From positions 10,788,001-10,852,000 of the forward strand of contig CATNEN010000039.1 in the NCBI GenBank assembly GCA_950097015.1: a DNA stretch of 64,000 bases, written 5' to 3'. Both the position numbers and the translations under genes were made by a program. The DNA is from Macrostomum hystrix. Taxonomy: Eukaryota; Animalia; Platyhelminthes. Below are positions 36,166 through 49,441 of the stretch, piece after piece. The notes beneath the pieces were generated by a model. The model saw only the letters and a list, made by a program, of their open reading frames with translations. It did not search any database and was not told the origin of the DNA. The number at the start of each line of letters is the position of its first letter. Positions within the stretch are counted from its first letter, which is position 1.

Positions 36166-38646
36166 TTATCTGATATAGTTTGGTATCTGAACTTGAAAGT
36201 AACTTTAAATTCAAAATCAACATCCCAAACTTGCCAAGCTTGTAACAATACTTTGCAGTAATTATTTAAGTATGTCATGCTTACTTTCAAAGTCACTTGT
36301 CAAGTTTATGATAATATTTTTCTCTGGCAGTTATGGATTGTAGACAGCCTGAAAGGCTGATTATTAATCATTGAGAGAATAGTTTTTGCCCCGCAAAACC
36401 CACCTCGCTCGCCAAAAACCTGCAACTTCCAGCCTAGCCATGGATCATCGACGAAGTTAGAGGCGAAAAAGGCGTGGTCGAGGTTGACGTCCCACGAGAC
36501 CGAGAAAACTGGCGAAACGGCTACCGGCTGCCCATTGGTCAGGTGGCAAGTCACCGGTCCCGAACAGACGCGTCATGACCATTTATGACCTTTTGAGGCC
36601 AGTGCGTCAAGAATGAGGACCTCGGTCTTAAAGTAGGACGAGAAGCGAAATTTCTTTGACATTTTTTTACTTGAAAGACTTGTTTTCGCAGAAAAATACA
36701 CCATAGAGATAAAGAAACTTCACTCGGTTGAGTCACTTGTGCACAAATTTAGTGATCGTGTTTATGATTTATCGAAGGCTTATCGAAGGCTCATCTTTCG
36801 GTTGTTTAGTTGCTTGACTATTGCTTTATGAATTAAAGCAATTATATTAATTATATTAAGACACCTAGAGTGTACGATTGAGTAATCTGCTGTACGCTTG
36901 TTGATGATTTTCCACTGAAGACTGCATGCAGTGGCGACCAAAAAATTCAATTAAAAATGGTTTTTGTATTACTGCCGCGGTCCTGTGAAAAAGGTGCGCG
37001 TGCAGTGCTTGCAATTTAACTGATTCATTGAATCATTGTTTGATTCGTGGACTGATTTAACATAATTTTTCTCGTTTGTGAATACTTCATGTAATAATTT
37101 TTCTTGACAACGTGCAATACCAAAGTAATAAGAGTGGAAAAGCCTCACTTTAACTAAACCGGGATTAAACAAATATAATGTTACAATAATAAAGATTGTA
37201 AATTAATTTTTTACACGAATCTTCGTGTAACGAGAATGCTTTATTTGTTATATCTTCTAAGAAGTCAGAACTTACTTCCAGCTTTCAAATATAGATTTCT
37301 CAGAAAAAAAACTTTGCAGAGGAGCTCATAATCAAGCTCTGCTCAAAATTTAAATAGTTTCACGACTCCAGCTGCAATATCCTAACTCTATGCTTCGTTA
37401 CAGTTAGCATGGAACTATTCTGAATAGAAAAGTAGAAACAGCTCTTTGTCGATTAGTTATTGAAATAGAATATATAAATTACTTAACCTGGACCTGGTTA
37501 GGTAGGCTAGGCTGTGTATGCATAGGAGCCTCTTACTAGACTTACCCTGTCACTTTTACCGATTAGTTTGTATCTGTATCTTTTACCGATTAGCTTCACC
37601 AAACGTGCTTTCTGACGTTTTAATGAACATGGAGCCGTTTTTCCAAACTTCCGAAAAAGGGAGATGCGCAAAGGGAGTGTTTATAAGCTAAGCTACAATT
37701 GTGATTGCATAGGCATAGGATTGCATTGCATTATTCACTGCAATTACCATAATTCAAAGTATTACGCTCATCCCATTCAATGTGAAATACTAGAATGTAG
37801 ATGCTGTTGCATATTTGCCAAAACTAAGCATAATAGAAATTTTCATAGGATGTAGTTCAAAAATAAAGTTAATCCATTTATAAATTTGGATCCTAGACAC
37901 TTCTTCATCTTACAACTTCGTCATAGACTTGGGAGGCAAGACACTTTGTCATCCAGCCAATTGGCATGCTTTAAAGTTTGGTCAGTTTGTCATCTACTAA
38001 TAACAAGCAATCAAGTTCATCTCAATAAAGTGAGGGTGCGGTGGTGAGTCAGAGGTGTGAAATGTGAACACACTTCACACTCTAAATTGTCAAAAAGAAG
38101 TGTCAAAACTGATTTCATTGTAAGAGTTGAAAGATAGGTGCCAACATGATGTGAGGAGGGGTGGAGAGGAGTGGTTCTGTTCTAACTTTGAAAACTTTTG
38201 TTTTATAGATGACAAAGTTTCCACAAGTCTAAGTTTCTTTGTTATCCACCCTCTGAGATTTGGACAGATCATCATCTGGATGACGAAGTGTCCAGGTACC
38301 TATAAATTTTTATGTAATCATGCCCAGGTACATGATGAACTTTGGCAGTTGCAAAAGTGATTGCACAGTTAGCTAAATTAATTTGGTTGTTGGACCTTGG
38401 TCATTTTTAAATCACATCAAAATTCACAATAGTTCAAACTTGTCAATTCATTGGGCCTATCTAATATGACATTGACAATATCAATATAGTATGATCATGA
38501 TGAAGTAAGTCAAGTGACTACAACCCCAAAAATGCATATTCATGCCATCTTAGGCACTTGGCACTTGACTTTGAATTAAATATTATATAATATTATATTA
38601 AATATATTCTTTTTGTGCTTTCCAACATGAAAATCAGCAATATAAC

Positions 38647-39122
38647 GGTCCCAGGTCATTTTGGTGACAAGACATTTCGGTGACAGTCATTTTGGTGACA
38701 ACTCAAGTCATTTCAGTGACACAATTAGTCAGATTGGTGACAACTATTTTTGCACCTAAATATGCTAAAAAACAGCCTTCCATTTTAACTATGCACACTT
38801 ATAAAGTATTAATTAAATAATGCTATAAGTATTATTAAGAAGCTGCATCGCTCTGATTAAGTCTGGGTTTTAGTTTGAATGAGTTAAATTATTAAATTAT
38901 TTAATAAGTTGTCAATAGTTTCAATAGTTATTTGTTCCTAATTAAATGTGTATAATAATCATTTTTCAAATTTTGGATTGACAAGGCGAGTGCAGCTGCT
39001 GGATTGTGGAAGGCTGTTTTCTCAGCATATTTAGGTGCAAAGATAGTTGTCACCAAACTGACCAATTCTGTCACCGAAATGACTGTCACCGAAATGTCTT
39101 GTCACCGAAATGACCTGGGACC
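38647..39122. mobile_element. Non-autonomous DNA transposon (MITE), 476 bp, long TIRs, 8-bp TSD
   Basis: Left end ggtcccaggtcattttggtgacaagacatttcggtgacag...cagccttcca (38647-38782) is the reverse complement of the right end tggaaggctg...ctgtcaccgaaatgtcttgtcaccgaaatgacctgggacc (39007-39122). The direct repeat aatataac flanks it at 38639-38646 and 39123-39130. Confidence 0.92.
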
Positions 39123-40462
39123 AATATAACCAATGAAAATGATACACTATAGTAGGAAAATATGTTTAGGTGGTTTGGTTTCACTCAGTGATGTCCTTCT
39201 TTAGTATTTCTGTTGTTGCTCTGGTGTATTTGTTGTACTAAAAAACTAGAATATAAAAAAATATTTTATATATATCTTTATATATTATAAAGACTGCTTG
39301 ACCAAGATCATTCTCTGAATTATATGTATTTAGAGCAAAATATTGTCATAGGGCTCATTATATATTTATCTTGCCCTACAGTGGTTACATTCTTAATGAT
39401 TTTAGTCTTATTTATTCTTATAAATTTGACACAATATGAGCTTTTATCTCCTAATGGTAGCATATTGAGTTTGAATTTAGTAGGGTTTTTGTATAATGAC
39501 CGAGTTTTTAGTTATTTAGTTATTTCATATAATTCATAAGATTATATATATATCATTAAGCTGGTTAGGCTAACCAGGTTCATAATATTCAGTCCACTTT
39601 TAAGAGTTACCAATGATCTAAGGATTACAGCTTTTCTTCTATATCTTTCTTCATATGAAATGAGTAACTTCTATGAAACTCCTTTATGAATATTTAGTTT
39701 TGAACACACTTATTTAAACCTTAGGTCTTTTACAATATTTTCACATTCGACAAGGTTGCTCTTCCTTCAGTTCTTTCCTGTGTATTTATAGGCTAACCAC
39801 TACCCTGCTATTATAACAAACGAATTTTTATTTTGTGCATTAAAACAAACAGTCGGGTGCATTAAAACAAATATTTATTGTAAACATTAAAACAAATTTA
39901 GTTTCTAGGAAAAAGCTAAATTTTAAACTCAAGATTCAATAGCTAATTTCATACTTATCTTTGCCCTATAACAATATATATTTAATATATTTGGGTTATA
40001 CTTTTTTACACTATTTAATGACAATTAATGTAGTGCCATTAAAATTGCCTATATAAAATTTATTATAACTGTGCCTTTGCCTTCTTGTAGCTGAAAACAT
40101 CTAAACAAAGGCTACTGTGAAAACACTAGTAAACTATGGCTCTTTAAGATTAAGTTTTGAGTAAAAATACTCAATGTGAGACTAATTAAATGACTACTGG
40201 CAAGATTCAAGGTTAACTAACTAGAATTGTATTTTTAGCATATAATCATTGAACTCTAATCCTACAATCCCAGCACAGATTTCAGTGATTTGTGCTTAGC
40301 TTTTATTGCTGACAAAGATATTGTTGCTTCAGCAACACAAACTGTTTAATTCGATATTATAGTAGGCATGTAATAATTATCATTATCATACAAAAAATGA
40401 AAATGAATTAAGAACATGGAAAGTAAAGCATACAGAAAAAGCTAGGTCAGGTGACAACTACT

Positions 40463-40606
40463 CCAGCCAATGAGCGCCGTGTTAGGAGGCAGAATGGACA
40501 AATGGATCCGTCATCCAGCCAATCAGCGCCGTGTTAGGAGGCAGAATGGACAAATGGATCCGTCATCCAGCCAATCAGCGCGGGTTTAGGAGGCAGAATG
40601 GACAAA
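40463..40606 (+). promoter_or_regulatory. 52-bp tandem triplication carrying CCAAT boxes upstream of RAD6
   Basis: ccagccaat(g/c)agcg...aggaggcagaatggacaaa at 40463, 40515 and 40567, about 210-350 bp before the ATG. Regulatory function is inferred. Confidence 0.45.
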
Positions 40607-40814
40607 CAGTCAGCATTCTGCAGAGCTTAGTCAGGTCCACAGAGCCTGATTTGCCTGGCTAGACATGAGAGTCTCATGTCTAAAAATCGAATTTTTTTCG
40701 ATTTTCAACTGGAAAACTGCAAAGTGATTCTCAGTACTTATTATGAATTTATTTTCAGTTTCAAGACAGTTCCAAATTAGAAAATAGTCACCATTGACCA
40801 GCAGCCATTCAGCA

Positions 40815-41282
40815 ATGTCCTCGCCAGCCAAACGTCGCCTAATTCGCGACTTCAAACGTCTGCAAGAGGATCCGCCGGCTGGTGTCTCCGGCTCGCCTAA
40901 CGAGAATAACATCCTGCATTGGAACTGCGTGATATTCGGCCCGCAGGACACACCGTTTGAAGACGGCACGTTTCAGTTATCCATGGAATTTTCCGAGGAA
41001 TATCCCAATAAGCCGCCGGTGGTTCGATTCCTGTCGAAAATGTTCCACCCGAATGTTTACGCTGACGGTAGCATCTGTTTGGACATTCTGCAGATGAAAT
41101 GGAGCCCAACCTACGACGTATCGGCCATCCTAACCTCCATCCAATCCCTGCTAGACGAGCCGAACCCAAATTCGCCAGCCAATGGCGTTGCTGCCGCACT
41201 CTACCAGGAGAATAAACGCGAATACGAGAAACGGGTTAGAGCCATTGTGGAAGAGAGCTGGACTTCAGCCGACACCGCTTGA
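40815..41282 (+). CDS. UBE2A: Ubiquitin-conjugating enzyme E2 Rad6/UBE2A-B (155 aa), single coding exon
   Basis: [42 protein letters not shown] (catalytic Cys), [27 protein letters not shown]. Confidence 0.96.
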   Translation: MSSPAKRRLIRDFKRLQEDPPAGVSGSPNENNILHWNCVIFGPQDTPFEDGTFQLSMEFSEEYPNKPPVVRFLSKMFHPNVYADGSICLDILQMKWSPTYDVSAILTSIQSLLDEPNPNSPANGVAAALYQENKREYEKRVRAIVEESWTSADTA

Positions 41283-41635
41283 TCTGTTGGGCTACGTGAT
41301 CTGCTATTTTTACTATCTTAAATGTTTTTTAAGATTTATAACTGTCGATATTGAGAAACATGTGTACACTTCAGTTGTTTTTTAATTCTTTTTTTTTGTA
41401 AATTTTATTCTGTTTTGTTGCAAAAAACAAAAGTGTAGATTAGCCTGTGAAATGAAGCGTTATTTCTCAGTCAGTTGACATTTTTTCGCACCTTTAACGC
41501 TATTTCAAAAATCTCTTTCGGTATGCATCATAACTACTTAGATTGGCACTGCTGTAAGTAGCAAGTTATGCGTATTTAAATAATTTTTGCAGAATTAGAT
41601 AAATTGGAATGACTCCACTAGTCCAGTTGGGCCTG

Positions 41636-41722
41636 ATGTACAGCCGCAGCTATTGCCACTAGTGTCACCTATCTACGGATCGGGATTTGAACCAGCGACC
41701 TCCTTATGAGAAGCGCGGCTAC
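41636..41722 (-). mobile_element. Truncated tRNA-derived SINE remnant
   Basis: The minus strand gtagccgcgcttctcataaggaggtcgctggttcaaatcccg has a good B-box. It shares cagccgcagctattgc with the element at ~290. Confidence 0.45.
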
Positions 41723-42395
41723 AAGCTTATGCATTAAGCCTTTCAGGCCTAAATCAATTAAGAATGCTATTTGATGCAAGAGAATTGCACTATTTTATAT
41801 AAATATACCCAGTTCAAATAGGCACTGGCTTTACTATAGTGATTGGCTTAATTATTCTATTTGTTTTTGCTTTCCTTATTTAATAATACTATAATATGGT
41901 AGTTTCCAGTTGTAGCTAAATCAGTTTCTTAATACAGATTATTAATCATTTTTTGCGCTTATTTAGCTCAGAGATAAGCACTTATCAGCGACAGGCTATT
42001 TAACTATTTGCTAGATTTCACGACGCTTGGTCAGGTAAGGTTTTAGACCCCCCCCTAGCTCAGCTGCCATTGGTTGGCCAACTTGGCCATTTCACGCACT
42101 GAGCTTGCTGTGCGTTCTGATAAATTAGCGAACAGATAAGCTCAGCTAGACTACAAATCCACTTGGCTTGGCTTTCTGCCGTGTCTTCTTTAGCTTTGGT
42201 GACTTGCTGGTGAGTATTTTAACTAATTATTGTATCATTTCATTTTTAGTTTTTGTATATCTCCTATCGTTTATAATCGCTGAATATCTCGTCGATGCTT
42301 ACGTCGGACGGCTTTGAAAGTTAGTTCATCAAAAGTTAATTTGCCAATTATCTTCTTTTAGGTTTGAGAAGCGTTTAAATTTGTCGCCGCAAGCA

Positions 42396-44342
42396 ATGTT
42401 CAAAGGCCTCGCTAACAGTCTTCTTCTACTGTCTATAGCCAGTTTAGCCGCACTGACAGCCGCCTGTCCTGAGGCGCAAGGTTGGTACAGGTCCAGAATC
42501 ACCAATCTGTGCTATCGTTGCCTGCGAAATGAGCGACTAAACTTTGTTGAGGCCCAGCGCAAATGCAATAGTCTGCGTAGCAACCTATTCCAGTTTAATG
42601 TGGGCGACACCAAGATTATCTTTGACGACTTGCAGCAGGAACTAGCCGACACTAGAAATACTACCGAGTTTAGGGAGGCCGGCTGGATTGGTCTGACCGA
42701 TCGGGCTGTTGTTGACAACTTCGTGTATTTGAACGGTTTTTCGTTGAATAAGATTGCGTAAGTCTGAGGTTGCGATTTGGCAGATACAGTGAATGACTGA
42801 GGACGTTGGTTAGTCAGTGAGGACATTGGTTAGACAGTGAGGACATTGGTTAGACAGTGAGGACATTGGTTAGACAGTCAGGACATTGGTTAGACAGTGA
42901 GGACATTGGTTAGACAGTGAGGACATTGGTTAGTCAGTGAGGACATTGGTTAGACAGTGAGGACATTGGTTAGACAGTGAGGACATTGGTTAGACAGTCA
43001 GGACATTGGTTAGTCAGTGAGGACATTGGTTAGACAGTGAGGACATTGGTTAGACAGTCAGGACATTGGTTAGTCAGTGAGGACATTGGTTAGACAGTGA
43101 GGACATTGGTTAGTCAGTGAGGACATTGGTTAGACAGTGAGGACATTGGTTAGTCAGTGAGGACATTGGTTAGACAGTCAGGACATTGGTTAGACAGTGA
43201 GGACATTGGTTAGACAGTCAGGACATTGGTTAGACAGTGAGGACATTGGTTAGACAGTGAGGACATTGGTTAGTCAGTGAGGACATTGGTTAGACAGTCA
43301 GGACATTGGTTAGACAGTGAGGACATTGGTTAGTCAGTGAGGACATTGGTTAGACAGTCAGGACATTGGTTAGTCAGTGAGGACATTGGTTAGACAGTGA
43401 GGACATTGGTTAGTCAGTGAGGACATTGGTTAGTCAGTGAGGACATTGGTTAGACAGTGAGGACATTGGTTAGTCAGTGAGGACATTGGTTAGACAGTCA
43501 GGACATTGGTTAGACAGTGAGGACATTGGTTAGTCAGTGAGGACATTGGTTAGACAGTGAGGACATTGGTTAGACAGTCAGGACATTGGTTAGACAGTGA
43601 CGACATTGGTTAGTCAGTGAGGACATTGGTTAGACAGTGAGGACATTGGTTAGACAGTGAGGACATTGGTTAGACAGTGAGGACATTGGTTAGACAGTGA
43701 GGACATTGGTTAGACAGTGAGGACATTGGTTAGTTAGTGAGTATATTTGTTGGACACTTTAAGCAAATCTAAGTTGGACGGAGGCTATCCGAGGACACAG
43801 AATGCAATATGACTTACTTTAAAAACTAGTATTCGGCAATACATTTGCCCATTTTCTCTTTCTTTCTCTTCCCTCTACAAACAAACTAAAACTAGTGCAA
43901 ACAGGCAGAGCAAGGTAGAGCAAGAGCAAACACATCTGCCATGCCTGTGTACTAATGCCTTATATAGCTAACTATGCGGTTCATATTTCCATAATGTAAG
44001 CCTGTAAGTTTATGATTCTGTAACTAAGTAACTAAGCTAAATCTGCACTCTGGCAGGCCTGACACCCTGATCACCTGTTCGAGCGAAGGTCCAAACTGCC
44101 GGCGAACTCAGCGTTGCGTCTATCTCAATCTGGGCAATAGGAACATTGGCAATAGGCAAGTTTTCAAAGGCGATTGTGAGAGCACCCGGTTGCCACCCAT
44201 CTGCTATGCCCCAGTTGGCGGCACCGACCGTTTCGATCAGGTGCCAGTTCTTGGCGCCCAGCCAACTGCTGGCGCTTTGGCCAGTTTAACCATCGCCGGA
44301 TTAATTACCTGGGCCCTGTTGCTGGGTGGTTACCTGCAGTGA
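42396..44342 (+). CDS. Secreted C-type-lectin-domain protein with probable GPI-anchor signal (~215 aa)
   Basis: Coding exons 42396-42757 and 44057-44342 (phase 2). Signal peptide, CPEAQGW, CY, AQRKC, WIGLTD, CVYL, DC...PPIC, and a hydrophobic C-terminus LASLTIAGLITWALLLGGYLQ*. A 5'UTR intron is likely at ~42210-42361. Confidence 0.85.
42798..43740. repeat. 20-bp minisatellite (~47 copies) in the lectin intron
   Basis: (ggacattggttagacagtga)n. Confidence 0.95.
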
Positions 44343-44537
44343 AAACTTAAATCAATAGCCCGTATTAACATTGACTGGTGCAAGTTGGTGTTTGTATATT
44401 ATTGGCTCTAATTTTTTTTTTGTCTTTATTTTTTCTCTGAAATATACTTATTGTGATTGTTACACAAGCCGAAATAATGATTTATGCGGTGAAATCGACT
44501 GTAATTACCTTTATTACGACTTTCGTGGCTTTCACTT

Positions 44538-46313
44538 TGTGACCGTCTAGAAATGATCACTCTAGTAGCTGCAAGTTGTGACCGTCTAGAAATGGTCACT
44601 CTAGTGGCTGCAAGTTGTGAGTGACCGTCCTGAGATGGTCACTCTAGTGGCTGCAAGTTGTGACCGTCTAGAAATGGTCACTCTAGTGGCTGCAAGTTGT
44701 GACCGTCTAGAAATGGTCACTCTAGTGGCTGCAAGTTGTGACCGTCTAGAAATGGTCACTCTAGTAGCTGCAAGTTGTGACCGTCTAGAAATGGTCACTC
44801 TAGTGGCTGCAAGTTGTGACCGTCTAGAAATGGTCACTCTAGTGGCTGCAAGTTGTGAGTGACCGTCCTGAGATGGTCACTCTAGTGGCTGCAAGTTGTG
44901 ACCGTCTAGAAATGGTCACTCTAGTGGCTGCAAGTTGTGACCATCCTGAGATGGTCACTCTAGTGGCTTCAAGTTGTGACCGTCTAGAAATGGTCACTCT
45001 AGTGGCTGCAAGTTGTGACCGTCTAGAAATGGTCACTCTAGTGGCTGCAAGTTGTGACCGTCCTGAGATGGTCACTCTAGTGGCTGCAAGTTGTGACCGT
45101 CTAGAAATGGTCACTCTAGTGAATACAAGTTGTGACCGTCCTGAGATGGTCACTCTAGTGGCTGCAAGTTGTGACCGTCTAGAAATGGTCACTCTAGTGG
45201 CTGCAAGTTGTGACCGTCTAGAAATGGTCACTCTAGTGGCTGCAAGTTGTGACCGTCTAGAAATGGTCACTCTAGTGGCTGCAAGTTGTGACCGTCTAGA
45301 AATGGTCACTCTAGTGGCTGCAAGTTGTGACCGTCTAGCAATGGTCACTCTAGTGGCTGCAAGTTGTGACCGTCCTGAGATGGTCACTCTAGTGGCTGCA
45401 AGTTGTGACCGTCTAGAAATGGTCACTCTAGTGGCTGCAAGTTGTGACCGTCTAGAAATGGTCACTCTAGTGGCTGCAAGTTGTGACCGTCTAGAAATGG
45501 TCACTCTAGTGGCTGCAAGTTGTGACCGTCTAGAAATGGTCACTCTAGTGGCTGCAAGTTGTGACCGTCTAGCAATGGTCACTCTAGTGGCTGCAAGTTG
45601 TGACCGTCCTGAGATGGTCACTCTAGTGGCTGCAAGTTGTGACCGTCTAGAAATGGTCACTCTAGTGGCTGCAAGTTGTGACCGTCTAGAAATGGTCACT
45701 CTAGTGGCTGCAAGTTGTGACCATCCTGAGATGGTCACTCTAGTGGCTTCAAGTTGTGACCGTCTAGCAATGGTCACTCTAGTGGCTGCAAGTTGTGACC
45801 GTCCTGAGATGGTCACTCTAGTGGCTGCAAGTTGTGACCGTCTAGAAATGGTCACTCTAGTGGCTGCAAGTTGTGACCGTCTAGAAATGGTCACTCTAGT
45901 GGCTGCAAGTTGTGACCATCCTGAGATGGTCACTCTAGTGGCTTCAAGTTGTGACCGTCTAGAAATGGTCACTCTAGTGGCTGCAAGTTGTGACCGTCTA
46001 GAAATGGTCACTCTAGTGGCTGCAAGTTGTGACCGTCTAGAAATGGTCACTCTAGTGGCTGCAAGTTGTGACCGTCTAGAAATGGTCACTCTAGTGGCTG
46101 CAAGTTGTGACCGTCTAGAAATGGTCACTCTAGTGGCTGCAAGTTGTGACCGTCTAGAAATGGTCACTCTAGTGGCTGCAAGTTGTGACCGTCTAGAAAT
46201 GGTCACTCTAGTGGCTGCAAGTTGTGACCGTCTAGAAATGGTCACTCTAGTGGCTGCAAGTTGTGACCGTCTAGAAATGGTCACTCTAGTGGCTGCAAGT
46301 TGTGACCGTCCTG
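44538..46313. repeat. Intergenic 39-bp satellite (~45 copies) with internal inverted repeat
   Basis: (tgtgaccgtctagaaatggtcactctagtggctgcaagt)n; gtgacc/ggtcac arms. Confidence 0.95.
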
Positions 46314-46802
46314 ATAGCAGGTAAAATGAGCCAAATTAAATGCTTAATCACAAGGGCATTGTTGCATTTTGCAGCTAGAATCAAAGAATATGCAATCTTA
46401 ATTTAGCAATCTCTGTGGCACCAGTCCTTATCTACCTGCCCGTCTTTTCCCGGCCTTTGTCGCTATGGTGCTTTTTAAGAAAACAATTCTCAGCTATATA
46501 TTTTTAGTCCTAATCTTGCGCGAAAAAAACATACTTTTCTCTATAATTATTGACATTCTGGTCGTTTTATTTGAGTGTTTTTTATCTTCTCAGGTCACAG
46601 CGCATAACTCATTTTAGTACATTTTGCAAAGTAAAAAAGTGTTATTTTTATGGACTTGTTACAAGCTGTAGACAAGAGTTGTCACTGAAATGTAGCGAAT
46701 AAACAATGATGATATATCACACATGATAATGCCTCAATTGCAGTGTATTGCTTCGTACAAGCACAAATAATACAAAGAAGCGAGTAGGCCTAGCCCGGAC
46801 TC

Positions 46803-49441
46803 ATGGCTGCAGTTGCTGCGGCTCATCGCCCGACTTTGGGACAATTAAGAATACTTCAGTCAGCCAGTCGTGACATATTTAGCAACTTAGCTATTGAGGA
46901 CGCGCTGTTCCGACGCCAGCAGGAGCAGACGGCGTGCGCTAAGTCAGATTGCGTTCTGTTAATTTACAGGAATTCGCCCTGTGTAGTGGTCGGGTTGCAC
47001 CAGAATCCTTGGCTGGAGTGCCGTGTTCGACCCGCCGAAAAGTCCGCAGTGTCCGTTGCCCGCCGATTATCTGGTGGCGGCGCTGTCTATCACGATCTGG
47101 GCAATTGGAATCTGTCCTTGATAACGCCGACTGCCTATCACAAACGAGAGGCCAATTCCGAGATGATTCGGCGACTGTGCTCCAGACTGGCTGGGCCGGA
47201 CAAACAGGTTGGTTGAACTGATCTACCGACCACTGATCCAGTACATTTATGTCAGCCGACACCATCTCTCTAACCTGTCCTCTCCAGTCCTTTGATGTGA
47301 GCCGACAACATCTCTCTAACCTATCCTGTCCAGTCCTTTGATGTGAGCCGACAGCATCTCTCTAACCTGTCCTGTCTAGTCCTTTGATGTGAGCCGACAC
47401 CATCTCTCTAACCTGTCCTCTCCAGTCCTTTGATGTCAGCCGACACCATCTCTCTAACCTGTCCTCTCCAGTCCTTTGATGTGAGCCGACAACATCTCTC
47501 TAACCTATCCTGTCCAGTCCTTTGATGTGAGCCGACAGCATCTCTCTAACCTGTCCTGTCTAGTCCTTTGATGTGAGCCGACACCATCTCTCTAACCTGT
47601 CCTCTCCAGTCCTTTGATGTGAGCCGACAACATCTCTCTAACCTATCCTGTCCAGTCCTTTGATGTGAGCCGACAACATCTCTCTAACCTGTCCTGTCTA
47701 GTCCTTTGATGTGAGCCGACACCATCTCCATAACCTGATCCAGTCCTTTGATGTGAGCCGACACCATCTCCCTAACCTGATCCAGTCCTTTGATGTGAGC
47801 CGACAACATCTCTCTAACCTGATCCAGTCCTTTGATGTGAGCCGACACAATCTCCATAACCTGATCCAGTCCTTTGATGTGAGCCGACACCATCTCCCTA
47901 ACCTGATCCAGTCCTTTGATGTGAGCCGACAACATCTCTCTAACCTGATCCAGTCCTTTGATGTGAGCCGACACCATCTCCATAACCTGATCCAGTCCTT
48001 TGATGTTAGCCGACACAATCTCTCTAACCTGATCCAGTCCTTTGATGTTAGCCGACACCATCTCCCTAACCTGACCTAGTCCTTTGATGTTAGCCGACAC
48101 CATCTCCATAACCTGATCCAGTCCTTTGATGTTAGCCGACACCATCTCCATAACCTGATCCAGTCCTTTGATGTTAGCCGACACCATCTCCATAACCTGA
48201 TCCAGTCCTTTGATGTTAGCCGACACCATCTCCATAACCTGATCCAGTCCTTTGATGTTAGCCGACACCATCTCCATAACCTGATCCAGTCCTTTGATGT
48301 TAGCCGACACCATCTCCATAACCTGATCCAGTCCTTTGATGTGAGCCGACACCATCTCCCTAACCTGACCTAGTCCTTTGATATGAGCCGACACCATACG
48401 AACCTACCTAACTCGTCGCCGCAGCTAACCGTAGGCAAGAGATTCGACATATTCAGCAACGAATTTAAAGTCAGCGGCTCGGCCGCCAAGCTAGCCAGAG
48501 GTGCAGCCTATCATCATTTCTGTTTGCTATTGTCTAGCAATCTCAATCACCTGTCCACCTATTTGGGCTCCTCTTTGCCAGCCGAAATCGTCACCAACGC
48601 AACAGCAAGTGTTCGTAGCCCAGTTGCGAACCTAACGGACCTGGCATCGTCAGAGATATTGTTAGACGCGCTAACGGAGGTGCTGGAAAGCGCGGCCAGT
48701 TTCGGGCATCCAATCGGATCAGCTGATTCCATTCATGTCGGATCGCAGACTCTTACAGTGGATAATATTTCGAATGAATTCCCGGAACTGTTGCCAACCA
48801 GTGTGAAACAGACTGCCGATCGTTTGCGCACCTGGGATTGGGTTTTTGGCAGGACGCCAACTTTCCTGTGTCGACTACCGGCCCCGTGTGACTTGACACT
48901 GACGGTGAGACACTCACGTCTTGTAGTGCAGAGACGGAACATGAAGGCATGAGAGATGCAGGGATGGAGCAAAAGAGATGCAGGGATAGAGAATGAGAGA
49001 TGCAGGGATAGTGAATGAGAGATGCAGGGATGGAGCAAAAGAGATGCAGGGATAGAGAATGAGAGATGCAGGGATGGAGAATGAGAGATGCAGGGATGGA
49101 GCATAAGAGATGCAGGGATGGAGAATGAGAGATGCAGAGATGGAGCATAAGAGATGCAGGGATGGCGAGTGAGGTATTCAGGAATGGAGCATAAGAGATG
49201 CAGGGTTAGTGAAAGTTACCATTACCACTATTTCCAGATAGAGAAGGGTCACATCACGGCAATAACGGACGGATCCCCAGCCAACTTGGCCAGTCAGTTA
49301 AGCTCACTTCTCATTGGCCAAGCGTGCCGGGCTTCGACATTGCTGCCTTTCGTTGACCAATTTGAAGGCTCCGCCAGCTCGCTAGTCAGTGCTGAAATTG
49401 TTGCACAGCTAAGAGGACTGTTTGTTGAATTTGGCAATTGA
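46803..49441 (+). CDS. LIPT1: Lipoyltransferase 1 / lipoate-protein ligase A family (~362 aa)
   Basis: Exons 46803-47207, 48425-48904, 49238-49441 (phase 0). Motifs: NLAIED, RNSPCVVVGLHQNPWLEC, RRLSGGGAVYHDLGN, KVSGSAAKL, YHH, TNATASVRSPVANL, WDWVFGRTP. Confidence 0.93.
47248..48396. repeat. 46-bp then 42-bp minisatellite in LIPT1 intron 1
   Basis: (tcctttgatgtgagccgacaacatctctctaacctatcctgtccag)n, then (tcctttgatgt(g/t)agccgacaccatctcc(c/a)taacctgatccag)n. Confidence 0.95.
48950..49205. repeat. ~21-bp purine-rich repeat in LIPT1 intron 2
   Basis: (gagatgcagggatggagaatga)n variants. Confidence 0.85.

Noticed and set aside
44839-46324. 481/489-aa repeat ORFs on both strands
   Set aside because: A 39-bp unit (multiple of 3) with no stop in those frames; no gene structure.
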